Source: a virus
Taxonomy: Duplodnaviria > Caudoviricetes
Direction: 5' to 3' (one strand)
DNA length: 56,244 bases
Virus record (IMG/VR): IMGVR_UViG_3300044527_000109
Location: 1 to 56,244 of that record
Each line of letters opens with the position of its first letter. The first letter of the stretch is position 1. The translations under genes were made by a program, and so were the position numbers. This document shows positions 46,098 to 55,789 of this stretch, one piece after another. The notes under the pieces were generated by a model that was not told the origin of the DNA, searched no databases, and was given only the letters and a program-made list of their open reading frames with translations.

Positions 46098-46810
46098 TGG
46101 CAAATCTTAAAAATACAACAATAAATGATACTGGCTTTATTAAAATTGCCACTGGTAGTACGGCGCAAAGACCTGCGACTACTGCCGGTAGTATTCGTTT
46201 TAACAACACTACAAGTCAAATAGAATTTGCTAATGGTTCAAGTTGGGCTAATACAAGTTTTACACCTAATGAACCAACACTTCATTATTATGAAGGACGA
46301 GATGCAAATTTGTATTTAGGAAATTGGAATAACACCACAAACTTTACAATGTTAGATTTTGGTCAATTAGGATGTGTTAATGCACATGGTTATAACACAG
46401 GCCCAGTGAATTACACACTATCACTAAGCAATTTACCAACACATACACAAATTAGATACTGTGTACTATGGCATTGTGTTGATAGTTTTGATAACGAAAC
46501 AAATAATTTATATTGCACAAATGCCGCCGGCGGAGAAACAGAAATTTTAAATTTTACAAAAGTATATAATACAGCACCATCTATAAATGTTTTATTATCC
46601 GGTGCTACTGCTGTTTGGAGTGGACCAAGAACATATTCTTATAGACCATGGGCCCAAGGAGCATATAATAACGATGGCTATATAACTATAGATACTGGTT
46701 TTTATAATCATGCTCTAACAACTTTTAGTGCAAGAAATTATATGGGAATAGATCAAGCTCAGGCAGACGAGGCCGCTTACCTCACACACGTACAAGTATG
46801 GATTAGATAA
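46097..46810 (+). CDS. Putative receptor-binding protein: shared adaptor plus an unrelated beta-rich head
   Basis: MANLKNTTINDTGF...GSTAQRP...GSIRFN..IEF..G..W adaptor; TAATG coupling on both sides. Confidence 0.65.
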   Translation: MANLKNTTINDTGFIKIATGSTAQRPATTAGSIRFNNTTSQIEFANGSSWANTSFTPNEPTLHYYEGRDANLYLGNWNNTTNFTMLDFGQLGCVNAHGYNTGPVNYTLSLSNLPTHTQIRYCVLWHCVDSFDNETNNLYCTNAAGGETEILNFTKVYNTAPSINVLLSGATAVWSGPRTYSYRPWAQGAYNNDGYITIDTGFYNHALTTFSARNYMGIDQAQADEAAYLTHVQVWIR

Positions 46811-48465
46811 TGGCAACACTTAAAAATACAACAATTGATGATACAGGTTTTGTTGCACTACCGTCTGGTACAGGTGCACAAAGACCTAGCGCATCAGCAG
46901 GTATGTTACGCTATAATTCAAGTAGATCAGAGATGGAATTTAATGATGGATCAACTTGGGTAAGCGAACAAAAACGTGCAGAAACTATCCCTACATCTGG
47001 ATTAGTACTATACATGGATCCAGGAATGCCTGGCACATATAGTGGTAGCGGTACAACTGTTACTGATTTGAGTGGAAATAATAATAATGGAACATTGCCC
47101 GGTAGTGGTGTAACATATAGTACTGTTGGCAATGGTTCATTTCAATTTGATGGTACAAACAGAATTAGTATCCCCAACAGTTCTACATTAAATTTCGCAG
47201 GCACACAACAATATACTGTATTATGTTGGTTTAATCCAGCTGGTGGCGGCGGTACATGGCATGGACTAGTAAGTAAAGGAAATGACCAACAGTATTCTGT
47301 TGCCGTTAATAGACCAAGTTTGTATTTGCATTATGAATCTCCGGCCAACAATGCTATTAATACTCCGGCAAATAGTATTACATTAAACACTTGGCAACAG
47401 ATGGCTATACGTTTTGATGGCACATCAAAGTCAACATTTATTAATACTATACGATGTGCTTATCAAACAACTGTTATCAATACTCCAAGTAATACGGAAG
47501 AGTTACGTATAGGTGAAGGCAATACAGGAGAATTATTCATAGGGAACATGGGCTCTGTTTTAATTTATAATAGAGCATTAACTGATGACGAAATAGGTCA
47601 AGTATTCAATGCCCAACGAGGACGATATAACGTTACCGCACCACTCGGGTCTGCTTTTAATCCTGCTGATTCGGCATCTGTTATTAAAGCAATGAATACG
47701 AATGCTCCCGATGGAGTATATTATATTAACATACCTACAGTAGGTTCAACTAAAGTCTATTGTATAATGGATAGTGCTTATAATGGTGGCGGCTGGATGC
47801 TTGCTATGAAAGCAACTAGAGGGACAACATTTAATTACTCTGCAAATTATTGGACGACAGCAAATACATTGAATCCTACTGCTTTAAATCTTGATGACGG
47901 CGATGCCAAATATGATGTTTTTAATTATTATGAAGGCGCAGATATTATGGCCAGATGGCCTGATATAACTACAAGCGGAGGAAGTATACCCGGTGTTGGG
48001 GTTTGGACATGGATGGAAAAGAGTTTTAATAGACAAAGAAGTACAGTAGCAAAAATTTCACTATTAAACTTCTTCACAACTGCCGGAACATACTTGTACA
48101 ACGTCACTAATTACGGTGGATATTTTATACAAGACGCAAAAACCTTTAGTGGATGGAGCAGTAGTGTATTTTCAAGTCAAGTAGATATTCGTTTTTATGG
48201 ATTTAACTTTCAAAATTTTAGGGCGGGTTACTACAATTTCGCCGCTAAAGTCAGATGGGGCTTTGGTTGGAATGAAAATGGTGAAGGGCTTTATGTAGAC
48301 CCATCGTCACTTGCTATCGGAGGAGCCCCGGGTTCAGATGACGTAAGCGGTGGTATAGGTATGGACTCAAGTTTTGGAGATTATTCAGCGGGTGATCGTA
48401 TAAACTGCTGCCAAGATAATACGGGTATAAATCGTAGTGCCAGAGTAGAAGTCTACGTAAGATAA
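46810..48465 (+). CDS. Putative receptor-binding protein: shared adaptor, LamG domain and fibrinogen-like domain
   Basis: Adaptor; LVLYMD...DLSGN...IYNRALTDDEI (LamG); then SAS.IK....APDGVYYI...KVYCIMD...GGGWML (fibrinogen-C-like start). Confidence 0.72.
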   Translation: MATLKNTTIDDTGFVALPSGTGAQRPSASAGMLRYNSSRSEMEFNDGSTWVSEQKRAETIPTSGLVLYMDPGMPGTYSGSGTTVTDLSGNNNNGTLPGSGVTYSTVGNGSFQFDGTNRISIPNSSTLNFAGTQQYTVLCWFNPAGGGGTWHGLVSKGNDQQYSVAVNRPSLYLHYESPANNAINTPANSITLNTWQQMAIRFDGTSKSTFINTIRCAYQTTVINTPSNTEELRIGEGNTGELFIGNMGSVLIYNRALTDDEIGQVFNAQRGRYNVTAPLGSAFNPADSASVIKAMNTNAPDGVYYINIPTVGSTKVYCIMDSAYNGGGWMLAMKATRGTTFNYSANYWTTANTLNPTALNLDDGDAKYDVFNYYEGADIMARWPDITTSGGSIPGVGVWTWMEKSFNRQRSTVAKISLLNFFTTAGTYLYNVTNYGGYFIQDAKTFSGWSSSVFSSQVDIRFYGFNFQNFRAGYYNFAAKVRWGFGWNENGEGLYVDPSSLAIGGAPGSDDVSGGIGMDSSFGDYSAGDRINCCQDNTGINRSARVEVYVR

Positions 48466-48478
48466 TAAGGAAAAAATT

Positions 48479-48760
48479 ATGTCAAAAACATACACAATTA
48501 CAATATCAGATGCAGAACAAAAAGCACTGGAATATGTCTTTTATAGTCCACAGGACTGGATAGAATCTGCTTTAAAAGAACGCGCTACTCTTGCTATGCA
48601 AGAAATCGCTGATTATCAAATACGACAAGGATTAGTAACTGAGGGTACTTCCATAGAAGATGTAGTTTTAGGTGCTAATGTTAGAAGTGTCGTCCAAAGA
48701 CGAAATGATATAGATGCATATGCTTCTAGTATAGGAAACACATCATTTATATCTACATAA
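48479..48760 (+). CDS. Small fibre-associated hypothetical protein
   Basis: 93 aa, SD AAGGA; YTITISDAEQKALEY...PQDWI; follows the fibre-tip genes. Confidence 0.65.
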   Translation: MSKTYTITISDAEQKALEYVFYSPQDWIESALKERATLAMQEIADYQIRQGLVTEGTSIEDVVLGANVRSVVQRRNDIDAYASSIGNTSFIST

Positions 48761-48802
48761 CAGGGTTACAGAGTCCATAAGTTTAATAATATATGGAACT
48801 AA

Positions 48803-48844
48803 AATAAATAGTGTATATGCTAAACTTGGGTGAAATGATAAATA
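48803..48844 (+). promoter_or_regulatory. Two tandem late-promoter motifs
   Basis: AATAAATA at 48803-48810 and GATAAATA at 48837-48844, upstream of SD AGGAG and ATG 48894. Confidence 0.55.
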
Positions 48845-48893
48845 CATTACACATATGGCAAGAGAGTGTCTACCATAGTAGGAGAGAAAAAAC

Positions 48894-51800
48894 ATGCTAA
48901 TCTTAAAACAAAACGCGGCAAATACAGTACCAACACCCCCAGCCGGTAAAGGTACAATATTCTTAGACGATAGTGATACACTATCGGTAAAAACTAGTGA
49001 CGGTAATGTTGAAACGTTTCCAACAGTAGCCGCAAGTAACTCACAAGTCGTTTTCATGAACGGCACTGCGTTGTCAGGCGAAGCCGCACTTACATATGAC
49101 TTTAATAATAATGTATTGAACATTAGTGGTAATGTCGCTGCCGGTAATGTAAAAACTGATAACCTATTATATGCTAACGGTACTGCTTGGGATCTAAGCG
49201 ATCCAGGTGGTAGCAACACTCAAATTCAATTTAATGATGATGAATCATTTGGTGGCTCATCAGCATTTACTTTCAACAAATCAAGCAATCTCGTATCAAT
49301 GGGCGGTGCATTGAGCGTAACAGGTAACGCTAACGTAGGTAATATCGGCGCCGCGTCCGGTATATTCACAACTGTAACCGGTACATTGACAACTGATGCT
49401 CAACCAAATATTACTAGCGTTGGTACATTAAGTTCATTAGCAGTAACAGCAAATATAACAGCAGGTAATGTCTATGCTAACTCAGGCGTAATTGGAGCAA
49501 GCGTATTGACAGGGACACTAAGCACAGCCGCTCAACCAAACATCACTAGTGTTGGTTCATTAACTTCATTGACTGTAACAGGTAATGCAAACGTCAGTAA
49601 TATTGGCGGAAACAACGGTGTGTTCACTACAGTATCAGGTACGTTATCAACAGCCTCACAACCAAATATTACAAGCGTAGGTACACTATCAGCATTAGGT
49701 GTTAATGGTAACCTTACTGCGTCAAACATCAATGCAAATACCGGAGCATTTTATGGTAACGGTGCAGGATTAACTAATATTCCTGGCGGAAATATTACTG
49801 GTAATATTAGTGGTAATATTACAAATGCCAATTTTGCTGCCTTTGCAGCCGAAGTTACAGACGCATCACAGCCAAACATTACTAGTGTTGGTACCCTTGT
49901 TGATTTAACTGTAACAGGTAATGCAAGCGCAGGTAATGTTAATACAGCAGGTAAAGTAGTTGCTTCATCATTAGAATCAAACGTAACAACAGGTACTGCC
50001 CCATTCGTAGTAGCAAGTACTACTAAGGTAACAAACTTGAATGCTGACCTACTTGATGGTTATAGCACAGCAACTGCGGCAACAGGAAATACAGTAGTAA
50101 TTCGTGATACTGACGGAAGTTTTAGTGCAAACATCATCACAGCAACATTAAGTGGCGCAGCCACAACAGCCGGTACAGTAACAACAGCGGCTCAGCCAAA
50201 CATCACTAGTGTTGGTACATTAAGTTCACTAGCAGTAACAGGTAATGCTACTGCAGGTAATGTTTATGCTAACTCAGGTACAATTGGTGCTTCATTACTA
50301 ACAGGTACATTGACAACTGCGGCTCAGCCAAATATTACAAGTGTTGGTACACTATCAGCACTTACTGTAACAGGTAACGCAAGTGCAGGCAATATATCAA
50401 CAGGTGGTGCATTAAGTGTAACTGGCAATGCAAACGTTGGTAACATCGGTGCTACAAATGGTGTATTCACTAACGTATCAGGCAATGGTTCATCATTAAG
50501 TGCAATTACTGGTGCTAACGTAACAGGTACAGTACCAAGTGCCACAACAGCCGGTACAGTAACAACAGCCGCGCAACCAAATATCACTAGTGTTGGTACA
50601 CTAACAAGTTTAGCAGTAACAGGTAATGCTACTGCTGGTAACATTTATGCTAATAGCGGTACGATCGGTGCAAGTTTATTGACTGGCACATTAACCACAG
50701 CCGCACAGCCAAATATTACATCAGTTGGTACACTAACAAGTTTAGCAGTAACAGGAAATATTAGTGCTGGGAATGTAAGTGCAACTACATTTACAGGCGC
50801 ACTAAGTGGCGCGGCTACTACAGCAGGTACTGTAACAACTGCGGCTCAGCCAAATATCACTAGTGTCGGTACATTGTCATCACTAAGCGTGACTGGTAAC
50901 GTAGCAGCCGGTAACTTAACAACTACAGGTGTACTAAGTGTAACTGGTACAGGTGTAAGCAGTATTGCTGGTAATCTAGATATGACCAGCAACAATATTA
51001 TTAACCTTGCAACTCCGGTAGCAGGTACTGACGCGGCAACTAAGCAATATGTTGATGATTTAGCAAGTACTGCTCTTGTATACCACGAAGGTGTAATAGC
51101 AGCCACAACTGGTACATTGGCTAGTGCTACTGGCGGAACAATCACTTATAACAACGGTACAGCAGGTGTTGGTGCAACATTGACAACTACTGGTACATTC
51201 AACTTGATTGATACAGCAAACGTTCAAACAGTTGGTGCTCGTATATTAGTCAAGAACGAAGCAAACGCCGCGCATAACGGTGTCTATACTTACACAAGCA
51301 CGACAGTTATCACCCGTGCAACTGATGCTGATTCATACGGTCCTGGTGCCGGAGAATTGAGTCTCAATAATTACTTCTTTGTAAGCGGCGGTGACGTGAA
51401 TAAAGGTAGCGCATATGTTCTTGATGCTCCTACTGGGACAATCACATTTGGTACTTCTAATATTACATTCGCTCAGTTCAGTAGTTCACAAGTTTATCTT
51501 GCAGGCACCGGCCTAACTCTTTCTAATCTAACATTTAGCGTAAACGCAAGCCAGTCACAGATCACTAGTGTTGGTACTTTAACATCATTGGGCGTAAGCG
51601 GCACTATAACGGCTGCAAATATCACAGCAAACACTGGTGTGTTTACTGGTAACGGTAGTGCATTAACTGCACTAAATGCAAGTAATATCAGTTCTGGTAC
51701 ATTAGCACAAGCAAGACTTGCCAATAGTTCATTAACTGTTAACGGCACATCAATTTCACTTGGTGGATCTGGTACTATTACTGCAACAGCAACTAATGCA

Positions 51801-52556
51801 CTCACAATTGGTACAGGTCTTGGTGGCACAAGTTATAACGGTAGTACTGGTGTAACTATTACTAATACTGGTGTAACTAGTATTAGTGCAGGTACTAACA
51901 TTGCAGTCAGCGCCGCAACTGGCGGAGTCACAGTTAGCGTAACTGGAACAGTTCCAACTGCAACTACAGCAGGCACTGTAACAACTGCGGCACAACCAAA
52001 CATCACATCAGTCGGTACATTGACTGGCTTAACATTATCTGGTACATTGACCGGAGCAGTTCAAATTGGTACAGGTACAGCAACTCACTTTGGTACGACT
52101 CTAACAACCGGTGCAAACTCTACTGCAGGTACAATTACTGGTAACTGGTCATTAAGTGCTGGTTCAAGATTGAATGCTACTTACGCTGACTTGGCAGAAA
52201 AATATGTTGCTGATGCAGATTATGAAGCCGGTACAGTATTGATATTCGGCGGTGCCCATGAAGTAACACTATCAACAGATTATGATTCACATCGTGTAGC
52301 AGGAGTTGTATCAACTAACCCAGCATACACTATGAATAATGACTGTGCAGGCGCACATATCGCTACAATAGCACTACAAGGTCGTGTTCCAGTTAAAGTA
52401 CACGGCCCGATTGCTAAAGGCGATTTAATGGTAAGCGGTGCAGATGGTCGTGCTGTTGCAAATAATATGGCACGTGCAGGTACTATATTAGGTAAAGCAC
52501 TAGAAAACTTTGAAGGTGGTTCAGGCGTAATCGAAGTAGCAGTCGGTAGATTCTAA
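48894..52556 (+). CDS. Repeat-rich fibre protein with a C-terminal DxAE-type (Peptidase G2-like) autoprocessing/chaperone domain
   Basis: About 11 [10 protein letters not shown]-type repeats, a DAATKQYVD module, and C-terminal YADLAEKY...VAGVVSTNPAY.MN...IALQGRVPVKV.G...KGDLMVS...GKALE. Confidence 0.72.
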   Translation: MLILKQNAANTVPTPPAGKGTIFLDDSDTLSVKTSDGNVETFPTVAASNSQVVFMNGTALSGEAALTYDFNNNVLNISGNVAAGNVKTDNLLYANGTAWDLSDPGGSNTQIQFNDDESFGGSSAFTFNKSSNLVSMGGALSVTGNANVGNIGAASGIFTTVTGTLTTDAQPNITSVGTLSSLAVTANITAGNVYANSGVIGASVLTGTLSTAAQPNITSVGSLTSLTVTGNANVSNIGGNNGVFTTVSGTLSTASQPNITSVGTLSALGVNGNLTASNINANTGAFYGNGAGLTNIPGGNITGNISGNITNANFAAFAAEVTDASQPNITSVGTLVDLTVTGNASAGNVNTAGKVVASSLESNVTTGTAPFVVASTTKVTNLNADLLDGYSTATAATGNTVVIRDTDGSFSANIITATLSGAATTAGTVTTAAQPNITSVGTLSSLAVTGNATAGNVYANSGTIGASLLTGTLTTAAQPNITSVGTLSALTVTGNASAGNISTGGALSVTGNANVGNIGATNGVFTNVSGNGSSLSAITGANVTGTVPSATTAGTVTTAAQPNITSVGTLTSLAVTGNATAGNIYANSGTIGASLLTGTLTTAAQPNITSVGTLTSLAVTGNISAGNVSATTFTGALSGAATTAGTVTTAAQPNITSVGTLSSLSVTGNVAAGNLTTTGVLSVTGTGVSSIAGNLDMTSNNIINLATPVAGTDAATKQYVDDLASTALVYHEGVIAATTGTLASATGGTITYNNGTAGVGATLTTTGTFNLIDTANVQTVGARILVKNEANAAHNGVYTYTSTTVITRATDADSYGPGAGELSLNNYFFVSGGDVNKGSAYVLDAPTGTITFGTSNITFAQFSSSQVYLAGTGLTLSNLTFSVNASQSQITSVGTLTSLGVSGTITAANITANTGVFTGNGSALTALNASNISSGTLAQARLANSSLTVNGTSISLGGSGTITATATNALTIGTGLGGTSYNGSTGVTITNTGVTSISAGTNIAVSAATGGVTVSVTGTVPTATTAGTVTTAAQPNITSVGTLTGLTLSGTLTGAVQIGTGTATHFGTTLTTGANSTAGTITGNWSLSAGSRLNATYADLAEKYVADADYEAGTVLIFGGAHEVTLSTDYDSHRVAGVVSTNPAYTMNNDCAGAHIATIALQGRVPVKVHGPIAKGDLMVSGADGRAVANNMARAGTILGKALENFEGGSGVIEVAVGRF

Positions 52557-52591
52557 TATCTATCGACTTCTTTCCTGCGATAAGTAAAAGC

Positions 52592-53032
52592 GTGACTAAC
52601 GTTTTTATACTCGACTACGAGACGCGCCTTAGGGCGTGGGCTACCCTCAGAGAGAAAATCCCTCAATTACCCATTGATCAGAGATGTGTTGAAATAGACA
52701 ATTTCTGGCAACGGGTACCTTTGATGACCCATTATCTACATACCGACTATATCAATGATTGGCCTGATCCATGGCAATTGATATCAGATAATCTATATTG
52801 TTATTATGGTAGAGCATTGGGTATGATTTACACCCTTATCTTGTCGGATACCAAAAATATTGAACTTGTAGAAGCAATAGACGATAATAGCAATGAAGTG
52901 GTATTAGTCCTAGTTGATGATGCAAAATATGTGCTGAATTATTGGCCTGATACGGTAGTAAATAATCTCATCACAGACTTTAAGATAACTAGAACACTAG
53001 ATATTTCCCCACTATATAATAAGATAGGTTAA
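52592..53032 (+). CDS. Hypothetical protein, possibly a degenerate transglutaminase-like (BTLCP) fold
   Basis: GTG start 5 nt after GATAAGTA; WPDPWQLI...C....LGMIYTL...VLVLVD...VLNY pattern. Confidence 0.6.
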   Translation: MTNVFILDYETRLRAWATLREKIPQLPIDQRCVEIDNFWQRVPLMTHYLHTDYINDWPDPWQLISDNLYCYYGRALGMIYTLILSDTKNIELVEAIDDNSNEVVLVLVDDAKYVLNYWPDTVVNNLITDFKITRTLDISPLYNKIG

Positions 53033-53034
53033 CA

Positions 53035-55347
53035 ATGAAATTAAACGTTATTAAACGCTCAGGCGCACAAGAACCTCTAGCCGTTGAAAAATGGCAAGCA
53101 CAGGTTGCAAAAATATGTAAAGGTATTGCAGATGTAAGTCAGTCGATGATTGAAATCAAAGCACAGCCCCATTTTTATGATGGTATCACAACTAGAACCA
53201 TAGATGAAATTACATTACGAGCCATAGTAGATTTAATCGACGTAGAAAGTAATCCGGACATCGGTCATACTAATTATCAATATGTGGCTGGCAAACAACG
53301 TCTCAGTATGTTGCGTAAAGATGTTTATGGAAGTTATACACCATTGTCTCTCTACCAGATAGTACAAAAAAATGTAAAGGCTGGACTATACTCGCATGAA
53401 CTACTAGAGTGGTATAGCGAAGACGATTGGAATAAGATGAACGATATGCTAGAGCATGATAAAGATGAGCAGTATAGTTATGCCGCTATTGAGCAACTTA
53501 TTGAAAAATATCTAGTAAAGAATAGAGCAACGAAAGAAACTTATGAAACTCCTCAGATTAGATACATGGTTGCAGCCGCTACTGTGTTCCATAAGGAAGA
53601 ACCTAACACGGCTCGTATGCGTTATATTAAAGAATACTACAACGCGGCTAGTGACGGTCTTTTTACTCTTGCTACTCCTGTACTTGCTGGCCTTGGTACT
53701 CCCACCAAACAGTTTAGTTCTTGCGTACTCATCAGAAGCGACGACGATCTGGACTCAATTTTTGCGTCCGGAGAAATGATGGCAAAGTATGCCAGCAAAC
53801 GAGCTGGTATTGGTTTAGAAATTGGGCGACTACGTCCTTTAGGAAGTCCCATTAGGGGCGGCGAAATCATGCATACAGGTATGATTCCATTTTTAAAGAA
53901 ATGGTTTGGAGACCTGCGTTCATGTTCACAAGGAGGAATTCGCAATGCAAGTGCTACTATCTTTTATCCAATCTGGCATCACCAGTTTGACGACCTTATT
54001 GTACTCAAGAACAACCAAGGAACCGAAGAAACCCGAGTCCGTCATATGGATTATGGGGTTGTGCTTAGTGCTTTCTTCTGGAGAAGATTCAAAAACAAAG
54101 AAAACATAACTTTTTTCGATCCTAACGAAGTCCCAGACTTATATGAGGCTTTCTATTCAGATTGTGCGAAGTTTGAAGAACTTTACGTCAAATATGAGAA
54201 GCGCAAAGATTTGCGTAAGAAAACTATGAATGCTGAAGATGTATTCAAGGGCGGAATTTTAAAGGAGAGAACTGACACGGGTCGTATCTATCTTGTCTTT
54301 ATTGACAATGTGATGAATCAAGGATCCTTTGATCCTGAATATCATCCGATCTATCAGTCAAACTTATGCTGTGAGATACTTTTACCTACTAAACCTTTTA
54401 AGCGTCTTGATGATCCTAGTGGTCGAATCGCACTTTGCACTTTGGGGTCCATTAATTGGGGGGCATTCCGAAACCCTGAGGACATGCGCAGGGCTTGCCG
54501 CATTCTTCAGCGCAGCCTCTGTAATATTCTTGACTACCAGGACTTCCTAAGTATTCAAAGCAAACTAAGCAATGACGAGATTAGTCCATTAGGCATCGGT
54601 GTAACTAATCTAGCATACTGGCATGCCAAGCGCGGCTATAGATATGGAGAGAAAGATGCACTTCAAGATGTTAAAAGTTGGATGGAGCATCAAGCATATT
54701 ATCTGACTGAAGCAACAGTTGAACTTGCTAAAGAACGTGGCAAGTGTGTAGATAGTGATAAGACACGTTATGGTCAAGGTATATTCCCTTGGGAGTTACG
54801 TAGTAAAGGTGTGAACCAACTTGCAGACTTCAATACTGAATTGGATTGGGAACCACTAAGACAAGATATGTTAAAGTATGGGGTACGAAATGCAACGCTT
54901 ATGGCCATCGCTCCTGTTGAGTCTAGTAGCGTGGTCATTAACAGCACTAATGGTATTGAAATGCCCATGTCACTTATCTCAACTAAAGAAAGCAAGGCCG
55001 GGTCTTTTACACAAGTTGTACCCGAATATCAAAAGTTAAAAAATAAATATCAATTGATGTGGGAACAGAAAGACTGTGATGGTTATTTAAAGACTGCCGC
55101 AGTATTAGCCGCATATGTAGATCAAAGTATATCAACCAACACATTCTACAATCCTGCACACTTCACAGATCGTAAAGTTCCAACAACATTAATCGCTAAG
55201 AATTTGATGTTGGCACATAGTTGGGGACTGAAGACATTCTACTACAGTCTCATCAATAAGGCTGGATCAAAATCAGTAGAAGAAAAACCGTTAGCACAAG
55301 AAGTAGCAACATCAGAAGATGATGATTGCGAGGCTTGCAAACTTTAA
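53035..55347 (+). CDS. nrdA: Ribonucleoside-diphosphate reductase class Ia, alpha subunit
   Basis: N-terminal ATP cone (VIKRSG), TPV, QFSSCVLI, SCSQGGIR, QSNLCCEI, CTLGS, KTFYY and C-terminal CEAC. Confidence 0.97.
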   Translation: MKLNVIKRSGAQEPLAVEKWQAQVAKICKGIADVSQSMIEIKAQPHFYDGITTRTIDEITLRAIVDLIDVESNPDIGHTNYQYVAGKQRLSMLRKDVYGSYTPLSLYQIVQKNVKAGLYSHELLEWYSEDDWNKMNDMLEHDKDEQYSYAAIEQLIEKYLVKNRATKETYETPQIRYMVAAATVFHKEEPNTARMRYIKEYYNAASDGLFTLATPVLAGLGTPTKQFSSCVLIRSDDDLDSIFASGEMMAKYASKRAGIGLEIGRLRPLGSPIRGGEIMHTGMIPFLKKWFGDLRSCSQGGIRNASATIFYPIWHHQFDDLIVLKNNQGTEETRVRHMDYGVVLSAFFWRRFKNKENITFFDPNEVPDLYEAFYSDCAKFEELYVKYEKRKDLRKKTMNAEDVFKGGILKERTDTGRIYLVFIDNVMNQGSFDPEYHPIYQSNLCCEILLPTKPFKRLDDPSGRIALCTLGSINWGAFRNPEDMRRACRILQRSLCNILDYQDFLSIQSKLSNDEISPLGIGVTNLAYWHAKRGYRYGEKDALQDVKSWMEHQAYYLTEATVELAKERGKCVDSDKTRYGQGIFPWELRSKGVNQLADFNTELDWEPLRQDMLKYGVRNATLMAIAPVESSSVVINSTNGIEMPMSLISTKESKAGSFTQVVPEYQKLKNKYQLMWEQKDCDGYLKTAAVLAAYVDQSISTNTFYNPAHFTDRKVPTTLIAKNLMLAHSWGLKTFYYSLINKAGSKSVEEKPLAQEVATSEDDDCEACKL

Positions 55348-55361
55348 GAAAGGATGATATA

Positions 55362-55742
55362 ATGGCCTATAGCGCACAAGTGGTTGACCATTACGAGAAT
55401 CCTCGTAATGTAGGTAGTTTTGCAAAAGACGATGATAGTGTAGGTACTGGAATGGTAGGTGCACCGGCATGCGGTGATGTGATGAAATTACAAATAAAGG
55501 TAGATGATGTTACAGGTATTATTACAGACGCAAAATTTAAAACGTATGGCTGCGGCTCGGCAATCGCAAGTTCCAGTCTTGTTACAGAGTGGGTCAAAGG
55601 CAAAACCCTTGACGAAGCAGGACAACTCAAAAACAGTCAAATCGCCGAAGAACTAGCATTACCGCCAGTTAAGATACATTGCTCTATATTAGCAGAAGAT
55701 GCTATCAAAGCAGCCGTAGAAGATTATAGGAAAAAACATTAA
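55362..55742 (+). CDS. iscU: Fe-S cluster assembly scaffold IscU
   Basis: MAYS..VVDHYENPRNVGS, GAPACGDVMKLQI, FKTYGCGSAIASSS and LPPVKIHCS; ATG 55362 after SD AAGGA. Confidence 0.96.
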   Translation: MAYSAQVVDHYENPRNVGSFAKDDDSVGTGMVGAPACGDVMKLQIKVDDVTGIITDAKFKTYGCGSAIASSSLVTEWVKGKTLDEAGQLKNSQIAEELALPPVKIHCSILAEDAIKAAVEDYRKKH

Positions 55743-55789
55743 GTGATAAATGTAAAACAATTTCTTGAAAAATTATTTAAGGAAAAACA

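Noticed and set aside
44838-48465. Possible diversity-generating retroelement targets in the tip genes
   Set aside because: No reverse transcriptase and no template/variable repeat pair differing only at adenines was seen in the window.
53035-55347. Intein or intron in nrdA (also checked by eye in portal, gp46 and capsid)
   Set aside because: Lengths and motif spacing are normal, with no intein splice motifs or homing endonuclease insert.
55326-55361. TTG start extending IscU
   Set aside because: It overlaps the nrdA end; the canonical MAYS start at 55362 has an SD.
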